NCBI GenBank assembly: GCA_963729635.1 | Contig: CAVSOP010000006.1 | Location: 27,283 to 91,282, forward strand | Source: an uncultured archaeon | Lineage (GTDB): Archaea; Micrarchaeota; Micrarchaeia; Micrarchaeales; CABMGC01 | Direction of reading: 5' to 3' | DNA length: 64,000 nt | Shown here: positions 20,239 to 28,279 of the stretch, piece by piece | How positions within the stretch are numbered: the stretch's first letter is position 1 | How the letters are laid out: each line of letters starts with the position of its first letter | Position numbers and translations under genes: made by a program | Notes under the pieces: model-generated | Told to the model about the DNA's origin: nothing | The model's input: the letters and a program-made list of their open reading frames with translations, nothing else | The model's database searches: none

Positions 20239-20798
20239 TTACGGGGGAGATACAATTAGTGTGTTGATCGCCTTGCCAGCATCATATTTGTAATAAACCT
20301 TGTGACCGAGCTGAAGCCTGTCGAGCAGGCCGAGCCTGTGAAGGTTGTTGAGCCTCGCGCAGGCGGCGTTATTGCCCTTGTAATTCATGAACGCCCTGAC
20401 CTCCTCGCGCGCACGCCATACCCTTCGTCTGCACGAAGTTTATCAGCTTGGCGTCGACGCCCGAGAGGGGCACCTCCCTGCTGTTCTGGGGGGCGTAGTC
20501 GTCCTGCTGCCCGCTCAGCTCCAGAGCGCTTATCTCGTCCTCCAGCTGCTTGAGCTTCAGGGTCACGTTTTCTAATATCCTATTAGTCTTCCCGCGCTCG
20601 TCCACCAGATACTTTATCAGCGTCGGACAGGCCGGCGTTCTCGGGGATCTCCTCTTGGTTCTTCTCGGAGACGACCTTGAGCTCCCTCCTGAGCTCCTCG
20701 ATCTCCTTTTCGACCTGTTTGTTGTCCATTCGACCATCCCCTGCGCGCATTCCAGATGCATCCCTGATACTTCCCTGATCCTTACCTGATGAGCTCAT
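20239..20798 (-). CDS. Coiled-coil plus winged-helix (MarR/TrmB-like) DNA-binding protein, apparent frameshifts
   Basis: MDNKQVEKEIEELRRELKVV... then LKLKQLEDEISALE and VDAKLINFVQTKGMACAEEVRAFMNYKGNNAACARLNNLHRLGLLDRL after frame correction. The stop lies inside the hairpin CCCCCTTACGGGGG. The start is uncertain (20729/20750/20798). Confidence 0.5.
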
Positions 20799-20873
20799 AA
20801 TTGATTCACGCCACAAGCATGAAACAATCATGAAACAATCATATGTAACGCTTGTCAAGATATTTAAACATTG

Positions 20874-20881
20874 CGTTTTTG
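20874..20881. repeat. 8-bp target-site duplication CGTTTTTG (left copy; right copy 25929-25936)
   Basis: An identical octamer directly abuts both terminal inverted repeats. 8 bp is the duplication length characteristic of the IS6 family. Confidence 0.85.
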
Positions 20882-20935
20882 GGTTCTGTCCATAAACTCG
20901 GCACCTAAATCATAGTGTCGCATTCGGCACCTGAG
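20882..20935. repeat. Left terminal inverted repeat of the IS6-family element
   Basis: GGTTCTGTCCATAAACTCGGCACCTAAATCATAGTGTCGCATTCGGCACCTGAG aligns with the reverse complement of 25876-25928. It contains two copies of the sub-repeat TCGGCACCT. Confidence 0.85.
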
Positions 20936-21593
20936 CGATATTGCTCTCTGAACTAAGTTTTATCAGGCTTAGCCACCTGTTTCTTTCGTTTCCTATGCTT
21001 ATTCCAGCGACCTCTGACGGCGTTAGCCCATTAAAGGTCTGGTGTGGTCTTACGAAATTGTAAAAGGTCTTCCAGTTCTCTATGTATCGCTTTGCGGTCT
21101 TTTCGCTCTTAAGACCACGAATGACCTTATCCCTTTCACGATAGGTCGCATGATACCTCTCTATGAGTTGGTTGTCCATCTTGCTTGTTGCGTGCAATAA
21201 ACTCTCGTCCTGCACGTTCAAGCCGTGTATCCTATGCCAACCTATCATAAACTCCCTTCTTATCGCCTTAGGGTAGAATTTGCCCTTGTCCGTCGCTATC
21301 TCTGTCGGTTTCTGCGATAGGTAAGGTTTAGCCTTCTGCATTATGCTTCTTGCGTCGTTTATGAACCTTGACTTTGTTATCTGGTTTGCGAGCAGGAAGC
21401 GTGTTTTGTTGTCAAGGACGTTCCAGCACCACTCATTCGCTTTGCCTATCTGCACCGATTGTTCGTCTATGTGTATCCTTTCGCTTGTCTGTGGCTTTAG
21501 GGTGTTGGTGTAATCGTTTATCCTTGACATGAAGCGGTTATAGCCTTCCACTAAAGTCTTCGGGGACAAAAATACATAAATCTGCGTTTCTGA
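20910..21593 (-). pseudogene. IS6-family DDE transposase, C-terminal (catalytic) fragment
   Basis: HIDEQSVQIGKANEWCWNVLD (D), IATDKGKFYPKAI (D) and NQLIERYHATYRERDK (E; compare IS26 NNVIECDHGKLKR). There is no ATG. The reading frame opens right at the IS630 boundary. Confidence 0.8.
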
Positions 21594-22651
21594 ATGTCAA
21601 CCGCGACCAGAAATGACCTTGGAAGAAGATTCTTCCACTTTGAATGAACTTGCAGAAAAGTCCAAGAGTGCGAAGGATTATGAGAGATTGAGGGTGCTAT
21701 ACGCAGTTAGCATCGGCAAATCTGTCAGAGAGATCGCGGAAATCTTTTGTATTGACGAGGACACTGTATATACATGGATAAAGAAGTGGAAAGAGAAAAG
21801 AAACGTGTTCGATGAACCGCGCAGTGGTAGGCCACCATCATTTACAGAAGAAGAGAAAAAGGAATTGAAGAAACTGATTGATGAGAACGACCCCGGTAAG
21901 CACGGCATGAATGCCAGTTATTGGGATACGAAGGAACTGACGAGATACTTCGTGAAGAAGGGAATAGATGTCTCTCAGGAGACGCTGCGAAGGACCCTCC
22001 ACGAGATGGGCGCGCACTACGTGAAGGCAGAGATACATTACAGCGAAGCAGATTTCGGAAGGCAGGCGGAATTTGCAAGGCAATTCCTATCTGATGTCGA
22101 GGAGAAACCCGCAAATGTCATAATTCTGTTTGGCGATGAGATGGGTGCCAACAGGTCACCAAAGAAGGGGTATGGATGGACCTTCAACAAGAGACTTGTC
22201 GTCAAGGCGCAGCAGTCCCAAAAGGAAAAGACGAATTGCTTCGGCGCGACAGATTCCATAAATGGCGATACGATACAAATGCAATCGAAGAGTGCAAAAA
22301 GCGATGCGTTTGTGAGGTTCCTACAGAAAATAAGCGCAAAATATCCCGATAACATTGTCTGGCTCTATTTGGACAACGGACAAGTGCACAAGTCGGTCAA
22401 AGTGAAGAAGTATCTTCAGAATAATCCGAATATAACCTTGAAGTTCCTTCCGCCCTACTCTCCAGACCTTAACCCGCAAGAACAGATGTGGAAACATGAA
22501 CGGCGGAAGTTCCTGAACAACAGGTGTTTTGATTCGTTACATCAGTTGTCTTTGTCATTGAACTGGTTCGTAAAGAGACTTGGAAAGGACGAAGTGCGTA
22601 GCGTCTGTTCACTCATTCCTATTGAACAGATGATTGTACCTCAGTACTGAT
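21579..22651 (+). mobile_element. IS630/Tc1-mariner-family insertion sequence nested in the IS6 transposase gene (boundaries approximate)
   Basis: It sits exactly between the two halves of the IS6 transposase. Candidate TA dinucleotides are at 21577-21578 and 22652-22653. I could not identify convincing TIRs. Confidence 0.6.
21613..22650 (+). CDS. IS630-family transposase
   Basis: Intact 345-aa ORF. N-terminal HTH (SVREIAEIFCIDEDTVYTWIKKW, RSGRPPS), then DDE-type core (ILFGDEMG, WLYLDNGQVHKS, LPPYSPDLNPQEQMW). Confidence 0.9.
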   Translation: MTLEEDSSTLNELAEKSKSAKDYERLRVLYAVSIGKSVREIAEIFCIDEDTVYTWIKKWKEKRNVFDEPRSGRPPSFTEEEKKELKKLIDENDPGKHGMNASYWDTKELTRYFVKKGIDVSQETLRRTLHEMGAHYVKAEIHYSEADFGRQAEFARQFLSDVEEKPANVIILFGDEMGANRSPKKGYGWTFNKRLVVKAQQSQKEKTNCFGATDSINGDTIQMQSKSAKSDAFVRFLQKISAKYPDNIVWLYLDNGQVHKSVKVKKYLQNNPNITLKFLPPYSPDLNPQEQMWKHERRKFLNNRCFDSLHQLSLSLNWFVKRLGKDEVRSVCSLIPIEQMIVPQY

Positions 22652-23237
22652 TACTTCTGTGGAATGCTATAATCCAGCGTCTTACTGTTTCATGGTGCAG
22701 TTTCAGACCAAAATTCTTATAGAGTGTGTCCTGAATATCCCTAAGCGAATTGCCCTTGTAATACATATCAAGGACAAGACAGACCATACGGGCGTTGCCC
22801 TTGATACCCTTAGTCGGGTCAAGGACAAAGAAGGTGTTGCAGGTCTGGCACTTGTATTTCTGTTTTGCACCCGATTTGTTCTTCCTCTTGCCTTTCTGTA
22901 TCAACTTGTCGCTCTTGCAGTTAGGGCATATTCTTTCGTCTGTTATACTTTCAACGTCAAAGTCTTCAAGTTCTACCTTGTTCTTTAGCTTGTTGAACAG
23001 GATTATCGACTGAATGTGCTTGCAGTATATTCCGTTTCCCCTGCATCTGCTTAGGTAATCGGGACAAGTGCAAGAATAGGCGTCTATGTGGCTTACTGTG
23101 TATTTCTTGGTGCCATCAGAGGAAGGCACCAGATAGACGCCTTCGCTTACTGTTTCTGGGACTGCCTTGTTTAGCAGAGCCGAAGCCCTTTCCTTCCTAT
23201 CGTCAGACAGCTTTTTCAGGTCTGTGTTTGCGTTCAT
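22641..23237 (-). pseudogene. IS6-family transposase, N-terminal fragment (SWIM zinc finger, zinc ribbon, HTH)
   Basis: CTCPDYLSRCRGNGIYCKH (SWIM-like CxCx(n)CxH), CPNCKS...CQTC ribbon, and SLRDIQDTLYKNFGLKLHHETVRRW (HTH). It terminates at the IS630 junction. Confidence 0.75.
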
Positions 23238-23264
23238 ATTTACACCTTCTTTGTTTCCTTCTGT

Positions 23265-23283
23265 TCTATATATAATATATAGA
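23265..23283. promoter_or_regulatory. 19-bp perfect palindrome TCTATATAT-A-ATATATAGA in the divergent transposase / RHH-methyltransferase promoter region
   Basis: 9+1+9 palindrome in the AT-rich 85-nt spacer between the transposase start (23237, minus) and the RHH start (23323, plus). Confidence 0.6.
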
Positions 23284-23322
23284 GCATATAGATATATATA
23301 CTTATTGGTTCATTACTTAATC

Positions 23323-23484
23323 ATGGGTAAAACAAAGAAACCTGAGGATAAGGCAATAACTAAGTCCATTACTATTTTACCTCGCCATGAGGAATATATA
23401 CAGTCTAATTTTATAAACTTGTCAAAGTTCGTGCAAGGCAAGATAGACGAGGAAATAAACAAAAAGAAAGGTGTTAAAAAATGA
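23323..23484 (+). CDS. Small ribbon-helix-helix-like DNA-binding protein (controller-like)
   Basis: 53 aa, MGKTKKPEDKAITKSITILPRHEEYIQSNFINLSKFVQGKIDEE. It follows a beta-strand then helix pattern like CopG/RHH proteins. Its stop overlaps the methyltransferase ATG (ATGA). Confidence 0.5.
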   Translation: MGKTKKPEDKAITKSITILPRHEEYIQSNFINLSKFVQGKIDEEINKKKGVKK

Positions 23485-25871
23485 CTGAGGACACCGAAAA
23501 GAAGTCTGAGATGGACGTTATTTTCAAGCAGATTGCACCAGTATTGGAGAAGTTGGGATATAGCGAAAAGGTCAAGGGAGAGATTGAGCATGAAAAGTCA
23601 ATTCAGATAGGTAAAGGCAAATACGTCTATCCAGACATAGTAATCAGCATTAAAGGCGTTCCTGTAATCGCCCTTGATGGAAAGAACCCAAACGAGAATT
23701 TAGACTTATACGAAAGGCAGATACTCGCTTATGGCTTGTTGCTAAAGACACCTTATTCAGTTCTATCAAATGGAAGCGTAATCAGGGTCTATGAGACACA
23801 AACAGAAAAAGTGATATGGGAAAAGGCGATAGACAAGACGCCGACCTTCCTCTCTAAAGAAAATCTAATCAAGAAGATAAGTAAGACAATAGAGACAGTC
23901 TCCGAGGAAAGACTGGAAGAAGCCAAGAAAACGCTGCTCGTCTTTGAGGGGATAAAAGAGTTCTCAAATATCCTATCAAAATGCGAAGACACAATAAGGG
24001 ATATTGATGGTCTAACTGGTGCTGACGCTTTTGATGAGATTAGCAAATTGCTTTTTACGAAGATGTATTTTGAGAAGAAGGCGATAGAGGGTGGTTCAAA
24101 CTTATTCTCGCTCACAAACATAAAGAGTAATGGCGGTGCGAAGTACGTGCGAGAGTATCTTTTCAAGGCAGCGAAGGACAACAACAAGGACATATTCTTA
24201 GGGAATGAGACGATAAAGCTGGAAGATGCGAGCATAGAAAAGATGGTCGGACTTTTGCAGGATTACACCCTCATACGAACAGATGTAGATGTTAAGGGCA
24301 AAGCGTTTGAGATATTCTTAGGGAAGACCTTTACTGGCGATTTGGGTCAGTTCTTTACACCAAGAACGATAGTTAGGTTTGCGGTGCTTTTTGCAGACCC
24401 AGAGATAAATTCGCCGATAGATGAGAAGGGCAAATCGCCCTATCTTGTCCTTGACCCTGCTTGTGGTTCTGGCGGTTTCCTCATAGAAATATTTAACGCC
24501 ATACTGGAAAAGATAAAACGCCAGCCAGCGAGCAAACAAGGCGAGCTATTTGAACAGCTTAGAATGAAGCAAATCTTCGGGATAGACATTAATGAACGCT
24601 TGGTCAGAGTAGCGAAAATGAACATGGTGCTACACGGGGACGGACACGGTGGCATATACAAAGCGAATGGACTGGAAGGAACAGATAACATCAAAGATGG
24701 CACGTTTGACCTCGTTATCACAAATCCGCCTTTCGGCAATAAGGACACCAAGCCCGACCTGCTAAAGAATTTTGAACTGGGAAAAAGAGAAGGCGCACCC
24801 ATGAAAGAGCAGCTAAGGGAGATACTTTTCGTTGAAAAATGCATTAATCTCTTGAAAGCGGGGGGGGGCGAGCTTGCAATTCTGTTGCCTGATGGGATAC
24901 TAAACAACGAAAGAGGAACGTATGTAAGAGACTTCATAAAGTCAAAGACCATAATCAAGGCAGTTGTCAGCTTGCCAGACAGGGCATTCAAAGCCACTGG
25001 TGCGAACAGCAAGACAAGCCTACTATTCCTCAAAAAGAAGTCTGATGAAAATGAGCCACAGCCACCGATATTCATGGCAGTTGCAGAGTATGTTGGTTAT
25101 GAGACACGGACAAAGGAAGCCAAGCAGATAGAGGCTAATGACCTTCCTAAGATACTGGACACTTACAAAGAATATAAGTCTGGCAAGTTCTTTGAGAACG
25201 TGAAAACAAAGACGGACACACTTGAGATTTTGCAGAATACACCTTCTTGTTTCCTGATAGGCACTGATTTTGTGAAGGACAGGATAGATGCAACTTACTA
25301 CTATGCGAAGTATATCTTTGAACTGGAAAAGGAAGGTTGCATAGTCAGTGATGTTGCGAGCAGGTCAGAGGTAATAGTCAATCCTCAGAAAGAACCCACA
25401 AAAGCGATAAGATACATTCAATACAGCAACATAGAGAAGAATTTGGGCGACGTGATAAATTACCTTGACTTATTGGGAGAGGAAGCACCATCAAGGGCAA
25501 AGCTGTTCGTGAATGCTGGTGATGTTATCGCTGCTAAGGTCAAAGACAGCGAGGAAAACATAGCGATAATCCCTAAGGAACTGGAAGGGTCAATAGTCTC
25601 ATCAGGGTTCGTAGTGGTCAAACCGATAAAACCCATGACCTCTGAAGCACTATTCGTATTGATGAGACTTAGAACCACCACCAATCAGGTCAGATGGAAG
25701 TCGTCAGGAACGATACTTCCCTCTATCTCCGATGAGGAATACATGACCATCAAGATACCCAAATTGACTGAAAAGGAGATAGAACGGATAACAAAAGAGG
25801 TCAAAGAAGTCAATATCCAAAGAGCAATAATAAAAGACACGCTCAACAAGCTCTCAGTAGAATTCAAGTGA
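23481..25871 (+). CDS. Single-chain R-M-S-like protein: HSDR_N/PD-(D/E)xK-like N-domain, gamma-class N6-adenine DNA methyltransferase, one HsdS-like target recognition domain
   Basis: Intact 796-aa ORF. N-domain YVYPDIVISIKGVPVIALDGK (PD...DxK). MTase motif I VLDPACGSGGFLIE and motif IV ITNPPFGNK. C-terminal TRD-like RAKLFVNAGDVIAAKV...SSGFVVVKP...ILPSISDEEYMTIKIP. Confidence 0.85.
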   Translation: MTEDTEKKSEMDVIFKQIAPVLEKLGYSEKVKGEIEHEKSIQIGKGKYVYPDIVISIKGVPVIALDGKNPNENLDLYERQILAYGLLLKTPYSVLSNGSVIRVYETQTEKVIWEKAIDKTPTFLSKENLIKKISKTIETVSEERLEEAKKTLLVFEGIKEFSNILSKCEDTIRDIDGLTGADAFDEISKLLFTKMYFEKKAIEGGSNLFSLTNIKSNGGAKYVREYLFKAAKDNNKDIFLGNETIKLEDASIEKMVGLLQDYTLIRTDVDVKGKAFEIFLGKTFTGDLGQFFTPRTIVRFAVLFADPEINSPIDEKGKSPYLVLDPACGSGGFLIEIFNAILEKIKRQPASKQGELFEQLRMKQIFGIDINERLVRVAKMNMVLHGDGHGGIYKANGLEGTDNIKDGTFDLVITNPPFGNKDTKPDLLKNFELGKREGAPMKEQLREILFVEKCINLLKAGGGELAILLPDGILNNERGTYVRDFIKSKTIIKAVVSLPDRAFKATGANSKTSLLFLKKKSDENEPQPPIFMAVAEYVGYETRTKEAKQIEANDLPKILDTYKEYKSGKFFENVKTKTDTLEILQNTPSCFLIGTDFVKDRIDATYYYAKYIFELEKEGCIVSDVASRSEVIVNPQKEPTKAIRYIQYSNIEKNLGDVINYLDLLGEEAPSRAKLFVNAGDVIAAKVKDSEENIAIIPKELEGSIVSSGFVVVKPIKPMTSEALFVLMRLRTTTNQVRWKSSGTILPSISDEEYMTIKIPKLTEKEIERITKEVKEVNIQRAIIKDTLNKLSVEFK

Positions 25872-25875
25872 TTTC

Positions 25876-25928
25876 CTCAGGTGCCGAATGCGACAAATTA
25901 GTTCAGGTGCCGATTATGCGACAGAACC
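25876..25928. repeat. Right terminal inverted repeat of the IS6-family element
   Basis: Reverse complement GGTTCTGTCGCATAATCGGCACCTGAACTAATTTGTCGCATTCGGCACCTGAG. It starts 5 nt after the methyltransferase stop codon. Confidence 0.85.
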
Positions 25929-26078
25929 CGTTTTTGGCCCGTACTTCCAATACTTCAAGCGCCAGGGGAGGGCCTTCCACGGGGATAATTGACAGAAAAG
26001 GCTATAAATGTTGAAAATGTAATGGGCAGGTGGCCTTCTGAAGGCGGAGGCGTTCCAGTTCCTGACGCAGTGATTACG

Positions 26079-26584
26079 ATGCAGCAATTCCTGATATCGG
26101 CGAAAAGGGCCAAGCTACTCGAGGACCCCACTCTCGTCAGCTCCATCTGCGAGCGCCTGGGGTGCGAGATCGCTCTGCGCGACGGGAAGGAGCTCGTCAT
26201 AACCGGGGACCCGTACGACGAGTACAACGCGAAGAACGTGATGCAGGCCTTCGCCCGGGGCTTCGACATCGAGACCTGCCTACAAGCTCCTCTCCGACGA
26301 CTACTACTTCAAGTCCATAGACCTGAAGGACATCTTCGACAAGAAGGAGAGGATCAGGAGGATAAAGGCCAGGATCATAGGCAGGGACGGCAGGGGCCAA
26401 GGAGTACATGCAGTCGATCAGCGGGGCGGAGCTCTGCGTCTACGGCAACACCGTGAGCGTGATAGGCACCGTCGACGAGCTGAGGATAATCAGCGCCGCG
26501 CTCGACATACTCATCGAGGGCGGGACGCACAAGAAGGCCTACGTCGTGATGGAGAAGACCAAGAGGAACGTCAGGGGAAGATGA
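26079..26584 (+). CDS. KH-domain RNA-binding/processing protein (Krr1/Pno1-like), apparent frameshifts
   Basis: MQQFLISAKRAKLLED...ITGDPYDEYNAKNVMQAFARGFD, continuing as IRRIKARIIGRDG and CVYGNTVSVIGTVDELRIISAALDILIEGGTHKKAY in other frames. A TATA-like CTATAAAT at about 26010 argues for the 26079 start. Confidence 0.65.
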
Positions 26585-28216
26585 GTATGGCGGACGAGGT
26601 AAAGACGTCGGAGGAGATATTCAAGGAGTTCAAGGAGCACTCCATAACCGAGTTCTTCAGGAAGAACAGCCAGATGCTCGGCTACTCCGGCAAGGTGAGG
26701 TCGCTCACAACCGTCGTTCACGAGTACGTCACCAACGGGCTCGACGCCTGCGAGGAGGCCAACATCCTGCCGAGCATAGAGGTCTCGGTCAAGGAGCTGG
26801 GCGAGAACAAGTACGGCATAGGCGTCCAGGACAACGGCCCGGGCATACCCAAGAAGATGGTCGGCAAGGCCCTCGCGTCGGTGCTCTCGGGCACGAAGTT
26901 CCACAGGTACATGCAGCAGAGGGGCCAGCAGGGCATAGGCGCAGCCGGGTGCACCCTCTTCGCGCTCATAACCACCGGCAAGGGCATACACGTCAAGGCG
27001 GGCACGGGCAAGGAGGCCTACGAGTGCGACCTCACGATAGACATCAAGTCCAACAAGCCGGTGGCGACCAACATCGTCGACCTGCCGGGCGACTTCCGCG
27101 GGCTCTACGTCTACGGCGAGTTCGGGGACATCAAGTACGAGAAGAGCGACCACGGGGTCTACGAGTACATAAGGAGGACTGCCCTCTCGAACCCCCACGT
27201 CAGCATCAAGCTCACCGAACCCGACGGCAACGAGGTCATCTTCCCGAGGTCAGTGGACACCATGCCGAGGAGGCCTAAGCAGATAAAGCCGCACCCGCTG
27301 GGGGTCAGCACCAGCGACCTGCTCGACTTCGCGAGGATGAGCGTCGAGCAGGAAGGTCTCGTCGTTCCTCGAGGAGGTCTTCTCCAGGATGACCCGCGAC
27401 AAGGTCAAGGAGCTGGCCGGACTGGCAAAGAAGGTGGACTTCGAGAAGGAGCCCAAGGACCTGACCTGGGCCGACGCCGAGGCGCTCGTCAGGGCCTTTA
27501 AGCAGGTCAAGTGGATAGCGCCGGAGATGGACTCGATGTCCACTATAGGCGAGGAGCAGATAGGCATCGCGATAAAGAACATAATCGACCCGACCTTCCA
27601 GAGCGTCGTCGAGAGGAAGCCGCGTGTCTTCAAGGGCGGCATACCCTTCGTAGTCGAGGTCGGGATAGCCTACGGGGGCAAGGCCGGGAAGTCCAACGGC
27701 CAGACTGTCTCTGGGAACGTGCTCAGGTTCGCGAACAAGGTCCCGCTCCTCTTCGACAACGGCAGCTGCGCGATAACCGAGGCCGTGGGGGGCGTCGACT
27801 GGAAGAGGTACTCGATAAAGAGGTTCGACGAGGAGCCAGTCAGCGTGCTCGTCAACGTCTCTTCCGTGTACATACCCTACTCAGGCGTCGGGAAGCAGGC
27901 GATAGCCCAGGAGGACGAGATAATCGAGGAGATAAAGCTCGCGGTAATGGACGCCGGGAGGAAGCTCGAGAGGTACCTCAGCGGCGAGCGCCACAGGAAC
28001 ATGCAGGCGACGGGCTACAACATGATAGTCAGGTACGTCGGGCAGCTCTCCGGGGACCTCAGCAGCATAACCGGCAAGAAGAAGGAGGAGATAGAGAAGG
28101 AGCTCAAGAGGCTGATAGACAAGAAGTACAAGAGCCTCTTCAAGGAGCAAAAGGAGGAGGCAAAGGAGAAGCAGGAAAAGCCGAGCGCGCCAGAAGAGCC
28201 AGAAGGAGAAGCGTGA
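26581..28216 (+). CDS. top6B: DNA topoisomerase VI subunit B, one apparent frameshift near 27351
   Basis: GHKL ATPase motifs (VHEYVTNGLDACEE, GVQDNGPGIP, RGQQGIGAAG), then transducer region in ORF 27389..28216. The ATG overlaps the KH gene stop. Confidence 0.9.
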
Positions 28217-28279
28217 ATCCACTCCGCCAGATCACTGACTATTGATTTGCAGGTCGAACTGAACGCACGGGCAATTCCT

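Larger units (their letters stand above)
20882..25928. mobile_element. IS6-family transposon (about 5.05 kb) carrying passenger genes and a nested IS630-family insertion
   Basis: Ends GGTTCTGTC... (as in the IS257/IS431 class of IS6 ends). The TIRs are about 54 bp and imperfect, flanked by an 8-bp duplication. The interior is clearly AT-richer than the flanks. It contains an IS26-like DDE transposase, an RHH gene and a methyltransferase. Confidence 0.85.

Noticed and set aside
20178-20262. 10-nt inverted repeat ACACTAATTG/CAATTAGTGT enclosing two GC hairpins, considered as a small structured ncRNA.
   Set aside because: The right arm and the CCCCCTTACGGGGG hairpin overlap the 3' end and stop codon of the wHTH gene. 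No known RNA motif is recognisable. It is more likely a terminator or 3'-end structure.
21579-22651. Terminal inverted repeats of the nested IS630 element.
   Set aside because: I compared both candidate ends by eye and found no convincing match. The boundaries are therefore inferred only from the interrupted host gene and TA dinucleotides.
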